Shown: positions 54,203-63,068 of the stretch, piece after piece
Numbering within the stretch: the first letter of the stretch is position 1
Layout: every line of letters begins with the position of its first letter
Origin: Dehalococcoidia bacterium
GTDB lineage: Bacteria > Chloroflexota > Dehalococcoidia > Lucifugimonadales > VXLM01
Assembly: GCA_963662435.1 (NCBI GenBank)
Contig: OY759598.1
Span: 186,001 to 250,000, forward strand
Reading direction: 5' to 3'
Length of the DNA stretch: 64,000 nt
Translations under genes and position numbers: made by a program
The notes under the pieces: model-generated
The model's database searches: none
Told to the model about the DNA's origin: nothing
Seen by the model: only the letters and a program-made list of their open reading frames with translations

Positions 54203-55434
54203 TAACCTTGCACCAGAGCGGACATGATGTCGGAGGTGATGCGTTGAACCTGCGTCCAGCGGAACTCCAGGGGTGCAGGCGTAGGGAAGCCCCGCCGACG
54301 GTCGCGCGCCTCGGCATATGTCAACCGGGCCCGAGCACCCTTCAGCACATGCTCTCTTTGCTGGATGAGTCTCTGGGCTTCCGTCGAGTCGGCGATGGAC
54401 CCGCCAGTCTGCATCAACGCCAATTCATACCAGCGGCCTGCGAATTCCCGCGTAGCGGGGCGAAGCCTGGGGTTCGCCCGAAGCAGCCGCTCCCACATAA
54501 AGATACGGTCCCATCGTTCCAGATCGGGACCGGCACTGGCTATCGACTCAGTCCATGCGGCCAGGTCACGTGTGAACACGTTGACATTGTCCTCGTCGTC
54601 CAGCTTTCTAGCCAACATGAGGTTGTAAAGGAGGACCGCCCCCTGATGCACCAGGCTCAAAAGGCGGGCATCGTTCAACCAATTACGTGCCGATGCGGGT
54701 GCAGTAAGCGCCGTCGGGTGATACCAAGGATAGGCGGCACTGTAGACATCCACCCCCACGCCGGTCTGAAGGATGTGAGCAAGTAGGCTGTCAGGGTGGG
54801 AAAGGACGACGCGCTCACGTAGGAAGCGCGCCTCGTCGGGGGAAAGCACGAATGAGGCGACTTCGGGGAAGCCATCGGGCGGGGGAGGAATGGAAGCCCA
54901 GTTCTCCCTGACGCCGTCGGCAGCCTCGTCGCGACGACCCTCCACCGGCTCTTCAAGTGCACGCCCGAGTTGATGCAACTGCGATCTTCGGCCGAGGTCA
55001 GAGAAGTATGATGAGATGGAACCTGAATAGCGACGGATTCCCCACCGGGCCATGCCCAGCCAGTAGATGTCTATGGGCCACCGCTGGAGGGCCGCACCTG
55101 CCGCAACTCCAATCACTCCTGTTTCGTTGGGGCCATGAGCCGCTACGAGGGCATCACGGAGCTTCATTTGGAGTTGGCGTGCCCTGTCCTCTGAGCCCCG
55201 GGGTGACCCCTCCTCGACTATGTTCAATATCCACGGGATGAAGAGGAAGTAGCGGGCCCTTGTCTGAATCGTGCTGGTACCGGGGAAGAGGGTGTCCGCA
55301 ATCGTGTCGCGGATGGTGCCGATTCCCAACTCGTCGAGCGTCCCTGGCTCGTTCAACGCCGACACGAGTTCCATGACCGAGCGGCGTTCGTGTTCGCTGC
55401 TGTCCAGCCAGCTTAGTGTTGAGGTGGACACCAT
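54202..55434 (-). CDS. DUF6361-like protein, first gene of the operon
   Basis: LSWLD...DELGIGTIRD..ADTLFPGTSTIQTRARYFLFIPW; TAATG coupling to the PLD gene. Confidence 0.75.
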   Translation of the reverse strand: MVSTSTLSWLDSSEHERRSVMELVSALNEPGTLDELGIGTIRDTIADTLFPGTSTIQTRARYFLFIPWILNIVEEGSPRGSEDRARQLQMKLRDALVAAHGPNETGVIGVAAGAALQRWPIDIYWLGMARWGIRRYSGSISSYFSDLGRRSQLHQLGRALEEPVEGRRDEAADGVRENWASIPPPPDGFPEVASFVLSPDEARFLRERVVLSHPDSLLAHILQTGVGVDVYSAAYPWYHPTALTAPASARNWLNDARLLSLVHQGAVLLYNLMLARKLDDEDNVNVFTRDLAAWTESIASAGPDLERWDRIFMWERLLRANPRLRPATREFAGRWYELALMQTGGSIADSTEAQRLIQQREHVLKGARARLTYAEARDRRRGFPTPAPLEFRWTQVQRITSDIMSALVQG

Positions 55435-55583
55435 TGATTTAATTCGTGCACCTTGTGACGGGCGTTGAGCAACCCCATGCAACGGGGGCACTGATTATCC
55501 CAGCGCGAACGTCGATACGCAATATCAAGTCTTGTAGGTGGCAGCGTGATAAAGTTAGCCTATTCGCGGGAGGAATGTGGAGC

Positions 55584-57536
55584 ATGAGCAGCCTGAATAT
55601 CAGCAACTTCATATGGGGCATCGCGGACGACGTGCTGCGCGACGTATACGTGCGTGGCAAGTACCGCGATGTCATCCTTCCGATGACGGTCATCCGCCGC
55701 TTGGACGCCGTGTTGGAACCGACGAAGGACGCGGTGCTCAGTATGAAGAAAAACCTCGACGCGGCCGGCGTTGCGAACCAGGACGCCGCGCTCCGTCAGG
55801 CGTCCGGGGAGGCCTTCTACAATACGTCGCCGTACCGACTTCGCGACCTTACCTACAGGGCCCAGCAGCAGCGTTTACGAGCCGACTTCGAGGCGTACCT
55901 CGACGGCTTCTCCTCTAACGTGCAGGAAGTCCTCGACAAGTTCAAGTTTCGCAACCAGATTCCTGATCTGATCGAGGCCGACGCCCTTGGCTTTCTCATT
56001 GACAAGTTCCTTGATAACTCCGTAAACCTCAGTCCCAGGCCCGTTTTGAATGGGGACGACACCGTTCGGCTCGAGGGACTGGACAACCACTCCATGGGCA
56101 CGGTCTTCGAGGAGCTTATCCGGCGGTTCAACGAGGAGAATAACGAGGAGGCGGGGGAGCACTTCACCCCTCGCGACGTGGTGCAGTTGATGGCACACCT
56201 CATCTTTGAGCCGGTGGCCGATCAGATCGAGTCCAGCACCTACCTCGTCTACGACGGCGCATGCGGCACGGGCGGGATGTTGACGGTCGCCGAAGAGACG
56301 CTAACCGGGCTTGCCAGCGGGCACGACAAGGATGTCTCGGTCCACCTGTTCGGACAGGAGGTGAACCCGGAGACCTACGCCATCAGTAAGGCCGACCTTA
56401 TCCTCAAGGGCGAGGGCGACGAGGCCAACAACATCGGATTCGGCTCCACGCTGTCCAACGACTTCTTTCCCGGCAAAGAGTTCGACTTCATGCTCTCCAA
56501 CCCGCCCTACGGCAAGTCGTGGAAGACCGACCTCGAACGTATGGGAGGCAAGAGGGACCTCAGGGACACGCGATTCCTGATCGACCATGGCAATGACCCC
56601 GAATACAGCCTGGTTACTCGCTCCAGCGACGGGCAGATGCTCTTCCTCGCCAATTTGCTCAGCAAGATGAAGCAGGATACGGAGCTCGGCAGCCGCATAG
56701 CGGAAGTGCACAATGGCAGCTCACTCTTCACCGGCGACGCGGGGCAGGGCGAGAGCAACATCCGCCGATGGATCATCGAGAACGACTGGCTCGAGGCCAT
56801 CGTCGCCCTACCGCTCAACATGTTCTACAACACCGGCATTGCGACATACATCTGGGTGCTGAGCAACCGCAAGGACGATCACCGCCGCGGCAAGGTGCAA
56901 CTCATCGACGCAACGGAGTGGTACAAACCGTTGCGCAAGAACCTCGGCAACAAGAACTGCGAGCTTGCCGACGTGGACATCCGGCGCATCTGCGACGCCT
57001 TCCTCGCCTTCGAGGAGACCGAGCAGTCGAAGATCTTCCCCAACGAGGCCTTCGGGTACCGGAAGGCCACGGTTGAGCGGCCACTGCGACTGGAGGGCAT
57101 CGACCCAGAACGAGCATACACGGCCAAGGACATCAAGACACTGAGGGAACAGGGTGTGCGCTCAGAGACGGCGCCGCCCGTCATCAAGAGGGTCCACAAG
57201 CGAGCCGTCGAGCCCGACCCCCTGCGCGGTCTCTTCGCCGCCACCGTTATAGGTAGGCCCGCAGTCGTCGAGTACGAGCCCGACACCGACCTCCGCGACA
57301 CCGAGCAGGTGCCGCTCCTCGAAGAGGGGGGAGTCGAGGCGTTCCTCCGCCGAGAGGTGCTGCCCTACGCACCCGACGCGTGGTACGTGCCCTCCAGCGT
57401 CAAGACCGGCTACGAGATCAGCTTCACACGTTACTTCTACAAGCCCCAGCCGCTCCGCCCCCTGGAGGACATCCGCGCCGACATCCTCGCCCTGGAGCGG
57501 GAGACGGAGGGGTTGCTGGCGGAGATTGTGGGATGA
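55584..57536 (+). CDS. hsdM: Type I restriction-modification methyltransferase subunit
   Basis: FIWGIADDVLRD, GEHFTPRDVV, YDGACGTGGML, LSNPPYG. Confidence 0.93.
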   Translation: MSSLNISNFIWGIADDVLRDVYVRGKYRDVILPMTVIRRLDAVLEPTKDAVLSMKKNLDAAGVANQDAALRQASGEAFYNTSPYRLRDLTYRAQQQRLRADFEAYLDGFSSNVQEVLDKFKFRNQIPDLIEADALGFLIDKFLDNSVNLSPRPVLNGDDTVRLEGLDNHSMGTVFEELIRRFNEENNEEAGEHFTPRDVVQLMAHLIFEPVADQIESSTYLVYDGACGTGGMLTVAEETLTGLASGHDKDVSVHLFGQEVNPETYAISKADLILKGEGDEANNIGFGSTLSNDFFPGKEFDFMLSNPPYGKSWKTDLERMGGKRDLRDTRFLIDHGNDPEYSLVTRSSDGQMLFLANLLSKMKQDTELGSRIAEVHNGSSLFTGDAGQGESNIRRWIIENDWLEAIVALPLNMFYNTGIATYIWVLSNRKDDHRRGKVQLIDATEWYKPLRKNLGNKNCELADVDIRRICDAFLAFEETEQSKIFPNEAFGYRKATVERPLRLEGIDPERAYTAKDIKTLREQGVRSETAPPVIKRVHKRAVEPDPLRGLFAATVIGRPAVVEYEPDTDLRDTEQVPLLEEGGVEAFLRREVLPYAPDAWYVPSSVKTGYEISFTRYFYKPQPLRPLEDIRADILALERETEGLLAEIVG

Positions 57537-57936
57537 ATGAGGAAGTGGGCACATCATAAATATATTCGTAAGTTTCGAGTTCGACAGGGACAACGACCTC
57601 AAGAACAACTTTCTTGAACAGGCTAGGGAGAATACCCAGCACCAAGTCCGCAATTGCTCGCTCAATGAGGCATACCCAGACGAAACATGGAGGATCAGGG
57701 CGCGGGAGGCCATCAGGGAATGCGATGTCGTAGTTGTCCTGATCGGCGAAGACACCCACAACGCTCAGGGCGTTGTGGTGGAGACGGACATGGCCCGTAG
57801 CTTTGGTAAGCCCATCATCCAGGTCAGGCCACAGGGTAGGCCGTACCAGGGGCTGACCCGTCTCGGAGATCCGATCACATGGCGATGGAGCCGCATCAAC
57901 GCCGTGCTGGATGAGATAGCGTCCGGGAGCCGATAA
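57537..57936 (+). CDS. ThsB-like TIR-domain protein (DUF1863/MTH538 type); start out of frame, missing from the ORF track
   Basis: Manual translation of 57541-57936: NIFVSFEFDRDNDLK...AIRECDVVVVLIGEDTHNAQGVVVETDMARSFGKPII; the ATG at 57537 is shifted by one base. Confidence 0.75.
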
Positions 57937-57954
57937 GCAAATTCCGACGACTGT

Positions 57955-58341
57955 TTGCAAGGGAGGTACGAAGTGGGCGAAGAATTATCCCTAAATCACG
58001 ACTCACCTGCCGTTCAGAAGCACCTTGAGATAACGCAGAACGTTATCACGCGGATGGCGGAGAAACCGGAATATTCCCTCATCGCTCTCATTCCTGCGGT
58101 CCTCTTCCTCATCCTCGATACCTACTACCTCGCCTTGGAGCGAGGGTTCCGCGAGTCGTACAACGCCTTCGTGCGGAAGTTGAGCGGCGACGAGCCTATG
58201 CTCGCCGACTTGTACAAGGTGGCACCGTCCGGCTCCGTGGCGGGACACTTCGGAGCGAGCCTAAAGTCCTTCTCTATCTGGACGTTCTACGTCACTTTGG
58301 TGGTAATGGTACTTTTTGTCTGGTGGATGCTTGGACGGTAG
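57955..58341 (+). CDS. Small membrane protein between the two TIR genes, putative effector
   Basis: HLEITQNVITRMA...LFLILDTYYLALERGFR..Y...SFSIWTFY; two TM helices. Confidence 0.65.
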   Translation: MQGRYEVGEELSLNHDSPAVQKHLEITQNVITRMAEKPEYSLIALIPAVLFLILDTYYLALERGFRESYNAFVRKLSGDEPMLADLYKVAPSGSVAGHFGASLKSFSIWTFYVTLVVMVLFVWWMLGR

Positions 58342-58392
58342 GCGAGCAACGTCGATAGCTCGATAAGTACTGGCGCAAAGGAAGGACTTGCC

Positions 58393-58956
58393 GTGGCCCC
58401 AGTCCCCAGGCACAAGGTGTTCATCAGCTTTCACGAACAGGACATCGGATACAAGGAAGACTTCGTCCGCATGATGGGAAAGCGCATCGTGGACAGGTCG
58501 GTCGATACAGGGAACATCGACGATACCGACCTCAAAACAGCAACGGTGCGACAGAAGATTCGTGACGAATACATTCGAGACGCCACCGTTGCCATTGTGC
58601 TGATAGGTCGCCGCACGTGGCAGCGGAAGCACGTGGATTGGGAGATCGGTTCGAGCATCCGGAAGACCAGGAGGAATTCGCGGTGCGGGCTACTGGGTAT
58701 TATCCTCCCAAATCATCCCGACCATGGAATGAAGCTCTATACCCCACAACTGGTCCCCCCTCGCTTAGCGGACAATTGCGACGGAGAGGACCCGTACGCG
58801 TTCATCTACGATTGGCCGCGACCTTGGACGCCTGCCAAGATTGCCGAGTGGGTCCACCAAGCCTACGACCGGAGGTCTGGACCGCCACCGGACAACTCAC
58901 GTAAGTCGTTTGCCCGCAATAGGACCAGGGACTACAGGAAAGGCTGGCAAGGCTAG
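58393..58956 (+). CDS. Thoeris ThsB-like TIR-domain protein
   Basis: KVFISFH, IRDEYIRDATVAIVLIG..TWQRKHVDWEI. Confidence 0.85.
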   Translation: MAPVPRHKVFISFHEQDIGYKEDFVRMMGKRIVDRSVDTGNIDDTDLKTATVRQKIRDEYIRDATVAIVLIGRRTWQRKHVDWEIGSSIRKTRRNSRCGLLGIILPNHPDHGMKLYTPQLVPPRLADNCDGEDPYAFIYDWPRPWTPAKIAEWVHQAYDRRSGPPPDNSRKSFARNRTRDYRKGWQG

Positions 58957-58961
58957 ACTCC

Positions 58962-59039
58962 ATGGGATCCATCCCCAAATCCTGCCCCACCTACGAGCCC
59001 TCCGGCGTCGAGTGGCTCCCTGACGTACCAACGCAATGG
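58962..59039 (+). pseudogene. Relic of the hsdS 5' end
   Basis: MGSIPKSCPTYEPSGVEWLPDVPTQW versus HsdS MISTPQPYPAYKSSNVEWLGNVPAHW. Confidence 0.75.
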
Positions 59040-59056
59040 TACGCGGGGACACTGCT

Positions 59057-59107
59057 ATACTGGCATTGGAGCCAGAGACGGAGGGGCTGCTGGCGGAGAT
59101 TGTGGGA
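59057..59107 (+). repeat. Relic copy of the hsdM 3' end
   Basis: ...GAGACGGAGGGGCTGCTGGCGGAGATTGTGGGA nearly identical to 57501-57533. Confidence 0.8.
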
Positions 59108-59275
59108 GCAGAAACGCCGTGAACAAAGAGGTTGAACGACATTCCGAGCAGGCCCTCCGGGTGGCTCGGCATACGCGCATTTCCACCAAGACCCTCGGAG
59201 CCGATATACTAGCATTGAGGCGGGTGAGCGGAGAGACGGATACCCGCGGACCCGGACCGAAAGCGAGGTGATCTC

Positions 59276-59491
59276 ATACCAAACTGGGACGATTGCGATG
59301 CGGTCGAGCGCCAGGCTGACAAGGTGAGCGGCGCTTGGGTATTTCGCGGAACTCGTGTGCCCGTATCGGCGCTCTTCGAAAACCTCAGGGCCGGCGCATC
59401 CGTAGAGGAGTTTCTTGACTGGTTCGAGTGCGTTGACGCCCGGCAGGTACTGGTCGTACTCGAACATGAGCTAAAGTCACTATCGGTTTGA
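59276..59491 (+). CDS. DUF433-family antitoxin; start reads ATA
   Basis: Manual translation: PNWDDCDAVER..DKVSGAWVFRGTRVPVSALFENLRAGASVEEFLDWF; GAGGTG RBS. Confidence 0.75.
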   Translation: MPNWDDCDAVERQADKVSGAWVFRGTRVPVSALFENLRAGASVEEFLDWFECVDARQVLVVLEHELKSLSV

Positions 59492-59498
59492 CAGGCGT

Positions 59499-59816
59499 AT
59501 GAGAATCCTGTTCGACCAAGGCACTCCCAGACCGCTCCGCAGACATCTGACAGGTCACTCGGTAGATACCACCTTCCGGCTGGGATGGTCCCGGCTAAGC
59601 AACGGCGACCTGCTGGACAGAGCCGAGGAACAGGGATACGATATCCCGATTACCACCGACCGGCAGATTCGACATCAGCAGAATCTTGGCGGGAGAAAGC
59701 TGGCCATCCTCGTTCTGAGTACGACGGCTTGGCCCGATATACTCCTACGTGTCTATGACATTTTGACCGCCGTAAATGAGATCGGCCCGGGCGACTTCAG
59801 GGAGTTCCGCATTTGA
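59499..59816 (+). CDS. DUF5615/VapC45-like PIN toxin
   Basis: MRILFDQGTP...GWSRLSNGDLL...ITTDRQIRHQQN. Confidence 0.8.
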   Translation: MRILFDQGTPRPLRRHLTGHSVDTTFRLGWSRLSNGDLLDRAEEQGYDIPITTDRQIRHQQNLGGRKLAILVLSTTAWPDILLRVYDILTAVNEIGPGDFREFRI

Positions 59817-59818
59817 CA

Positions 59819-59901
59819 TACAAGCCGCAGCCGCTCCGCCCGCTGGAGGACATCCTCGCCCTGGAGAGGGAGACGGAGGAGTTGCTGAGCGACATTGTGG
59901 G
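59819..59901 (+). repeat. Second relic copy of the hsdM 3' end
   Basis: Matches 57438-57532 with a 12-bp deletion between GACATCC repeats. Confidence 0.85.
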
Positions 59902-59910
59902 CAGTGCGTT

Positions 59911-60717
59911 ATGAATCCAATCCCGTCTTTCCAAGAAGGCAGCATCGAAGCACTGGCCAAGCTCCTAGGAGAATGCGGATCTGGGTCTGACATAAATCGG
60001 GTGTTAGAGCACCGTGGCATTCATGACGGTTCTGGCCAATCCACCAAGTGGAGGAGACTGGACTGGATATTCTTGGACATTCAACGCCGCGACCGGTGTG
60101 CCAACCAGGTACTCAACTTCATTCAATCCCTCTTGGCACCTCCTCGGTTCGTAGGCAGGAACGAGGAATTCGAGGCGCATCGCACTGAGTTGAACACAAT
60201 CTTGGCACTTTCGGGGCTGCAGTACAGGGCTGATGGCAAGTTTCGAAGAAGCCAAGCGGCCACCACTCTCACTGAAGCAGAACGGCGAACAAATGCCATT
60301 CAAGCCAAGTTCCAAGGCAGGCGAATCCATCCTGAAGTGTTGAAGTACTGCAAAGCTGAACTGATGCAAGACAACTACTTTCACGCTGTCTTCGAGGCTT
60401 CCAAGGGTCTGGGTCAACGGATTCGTGACGAGTCAGGCGTTGATGGAGATGGGGCTAATCTCGTGGATAGAGTCTTCCCTGTCAATCGACTGGTTTTGGC
60501 ATTCAACACGCTACAGACCGAAACGGAGAAAACAGAGCACAAGGGATTTGCTCTATTGCTGAAGGGTTGCTTCGCAGCAGTAAGGAATCCCCTCGCGCAC
60601 GAACCCAAGATCATGTGGGATGGTGAGGACGATGCGGCTGAGTTCTTCACATTGATTTCCCTACTCCATAGTAAACTGGACGACTGCGTTCGGACTGGAA
60701 CTAGGTACGGCCCGTGA
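59911..60717 (+). CDS. TIGR02391-family protein with an AbiJ-like N-terminal domain
   Basis: STKWRRL...NYFHAVFEASK...DGANLV...RNPLAHEPK; GTGA overlap with hsdS. Confidence 0.8.
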   Translation: MNPIPSFQEGSIEALAKLLGECGSGSDINRVLEHRGIHDGSGQSTKWRRLDWIFLDIQRRDRCANQVLNFIQSLLAPPRFVGRNEEFEAHRTELNTILALSGLQYRADGKFRRSQAATTLTEAERRTNAIQAKFQGRRIHPEVLKYCKAELMQDNYFHAVFEASKGLGQRIRDESGVDGDGANLVDRVFPVNRLVLAFNTLQTETEKTEHKGFALLLKGCFAAVRNPLAHEPKIMWDGEDDAAEFFTLISLLHSKLDDCVRTGTRYGP

Positions 60718-62138
60718 TCTCCACTCCCCAACCCTACCCCGCCTACAAATCCTCCAACGTAGAGTGGCTCGGCAACGTCCCAGCGCATTGGGAAGTGCGG
60801 CGAATGCGGGCCGTTGCGGAAATGCGGGTCAGCAACGTAGACAAACATATCAAGGATGATGAATTCCCAGTTCGTTTGTGCAACTACGTTGATGTCTACA
60901 AGCACGACCGCATAACGCAGGCCATGCCCTTCATGAAAGCAACAGCTTCAACTGACGAAATCGCGAGATTCCGGCTGCGGAAAGGCGATGTGCTCATCAC
61001 CAAAGACTCGGAGGCTTGGGACGATATCGGAGTTCCGGCTCTAGTCACAGACTCAGCGGATGATCTTCTCTCTGGATACCATTTGGCCCTATTGCGGCCA
61101 TATAGGGAAACACTTGGGAGCTATCTGGCGCGAGCCTTGCAAACCAAGGGAGTAGCGTATCAGTTCCATGTGGGAGCGAATGGAGTGACCCGATATGGGC
61201 TCACCCATGCAAACATACAATCCGTCTGCCTCCCCCTCCCTCCCCTCCCCGAACAGCGGGCCATCGTGCGGTACCTCGACCACGTGGACGAGCGCATCCG
61301 GCCGTACGTAAGCGCAAAGGAAAGGCTCATCGCGCTGCTGGAGGAGGAGCGGCAGGCCGTCATCCACCGCGCCGTCACGCGGGGCCTCGACCACAACGTC
61401 CGCCTCAAGCCCTCCGGCGTAGAGTGGCTCGGCGACGTCCCGGCGCATTGGGAGGTGTTGCCAATAAAGCGGGCCTTCTTGTCAGTGGATTATGGCATAT
61501 CGGAATCTGCGTCCGATTCAGGTACAATCCCAATCGTGACCATGGCACATGTGAAAGACGGAGGTGTGACAGTGCCCGCCACTGGCGGCGTCGACTCCGT
61601 TGACTCGGGCTTGCTGTTGCAAGAAGGTGACTTGCTGTTCAATCGTACGAACAGCAAAGAACTGGTTGGAAAGGTTGGCCTATTCATTGGGCGTGATTCC
61701 TCGGTGACATTCGCTTCATATCTTGTGCGGATGCGCCCTCTTCCAAATCACGAACCCGAATATCTGAATATGACCCTCAATGATGTCGCAATCTTGTCAC
61801 GAGCTAGAAGGGAAGCAATTCTGAGCCTGCATCAGTCCAACCTAAATCCGACTAGATATGGGCGGCTTCACATTGCCTTGCCACCTAGGGAAGAGCAGAG
61901 AGCCATCCTCCAGAGCTTACGGAAACATACGGCGAGCATCAACCAACTAATCGATAAGTCTCGACGTCAGACAAATCTCGTTCAGGAATTCCGCGTACGG
62001 TTGATTGCAGACATTGTTACCGGCAAGCTCGATGTGCGCGAGGAGGAAGAAAGATCTCTGTACCAGTGCGAAGAGTCACCACTCTTCGGCGATGCGATAA
62101 CCATCTCATCCGACCCTACAAATGTGGCTGAACTATGA
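60714..62138 (+). CDS. hsdS: Type I restriction-modification specificity subunit
   Basis: Two TRDs, SGVEWLGDVPAHW repeat, LPPLPEQRAI, LIADIVTGKLDVR. Confidence 0.92.
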   Translation: MISTPQPYPAYKSSNVEWLGNVPAHWEVRRMRAVAEMRVSNVDKHIKDDEFPVRLCNYVDVYKHDRITQAMPFMKATASTDEIARFRLRKGDVLITKDSEAWDDIGVPALVTDSADDLLSGYHLALLRPYRETLGSYLARALQTKGVAYQFHVGANGVTRYGLTHANIQSVCLPLPPLPEQRAIVRYLDHVDERIRPYVSAKERLIALLEEERQAVIHRAVTRGLDHNVRLKPSGVEWLGDVPAHWEVLPIKRAFLSVDYGISESASDSGTIPIVTMAHVKDGGVTVPATGGVDSVDSGLLLQEGDLLFNRTNSKELVGKVGLFIGRDSSVTFASYLVRMRPLPNHEPEYLNMTLNDVAILSRARREAILSLHQSNLNPTRYGRLHIALPPREEQRAILQSLRKHTASINQLIDKSRRQTNLVQEFRVRLIADIVTGKLDVREEEERSLYQCEESPLFGDAITISSDPTNVAEL

Positions 62139-63055
62139 ACTCTGACGTACAAAACCAGCAGAACTTACACAGGTTGAAACACATCAGCCCACTTCGCTAT
62201 CCGGGAGGTAAAGCCGCGCTTGCCGACTTCCTTGCCCACACCTTGGCATTGAACAATCTCAATGGCTGTTCCTATTTTGAGCCCTTAGCCGGTGGTGCTG
62301 GTGCAGCCCTGCTCCTCCTCCTGAAAGGCGTTATAGCTGAATTACACCTAAATGACCTTGACCCACGCATCGTAGCATTCTGGAAAGCCGTGTTTAATGA
62401 ATCAGAGAGATTCGCTGAAGCCATTCTGACCGTGCCTGTGAACATTGCGGAGTGGCGTAGACAAAGCGAGATCTGCCTTCAGGCAGACTCAAGCAAGACA
62501 TTCGAACTCGGGTTTGCCACTTTCTATCTGAATCGTTGCAATAGGTCGGGCGTCATAACCGGGGCAGCTCCAATTGGTGGTTATTCACAGGAGAGCAACT
62601 GGAAAATAGATGCTCGCTTCTATCGAGAGCAACTCTCGACACGCGTATGCGTGCTCGCAGATCTACGTGATCAAATACATGTCACTGGAATGGATGCTCA
62701 AGATTTTCTTGTCCAACAACTTCCGCGTGGCCACAAACGTCAAAATGTCTTCGTATATCTTGATCCTCCTTACTACGCGAACGGCAGACGGCTCTATATG
62801 AACTCATACGACGATCGAGACCATCGGAATCTTTCTTACTACTTGCGACGACAGAGAATCCTGAAATGGGTCGCGTCATACGACGATTCCGAATATATCA
62901 GAAGGCTATACGCATCATGCCAAGTCTTCGACAACATATTGCAATACAGTCTACAAAGGAAGCGACTGGCCAAGGAACTCCTGATCGCACCTTCCCACGT
63001 TCGGCTTCCTAGCTCAATTGACCCACGCGGGGACGTGGCTCTTTCGGTGGCATAG
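62135..63055 (+). CDS. D12-class (Dam-like) N6-adenine DNA methyltransferase
   Basis: SPLRYPGGK, EPLAGGAG, YLNRCNRSG, YLDPPYY. Confidence 0.9.
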   Translation: MNSDVQNQQNLHRLKHISPLRYPGGKAALADFLAHTLALNNLNGCSYFEPLAGGAGAALLLLLKGVIAELHLNDLDPRIVAFWKAVFNESERFAEAILTVPVNIAEWRRQSEICLQADSSKTFELGFATFYLNRCNRSGVITGAAPIGGYSQESNWKIDARFYREQLSTRVCVLADLRDQIHVTGMDAQDFLVQQLPRGHKRQNVFVYLDPPYYANGRRLYMNSYDDRDHRNLSYYLRRQRILKWVASYDDSEYIRRLYASCQVFDNILQYSLQRKRLAKELLIAPSHVRLPSSIDPRGDVALSVA

Positions 63056-63068
63056 AAAGGAGCTTCCA

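Noticed and set aside
57424..57960. Minus-strand 178-aa ORF as the gene after hsdM
   Set aside because: The plus strand encodes a recognisable TIR domain in line with the operon
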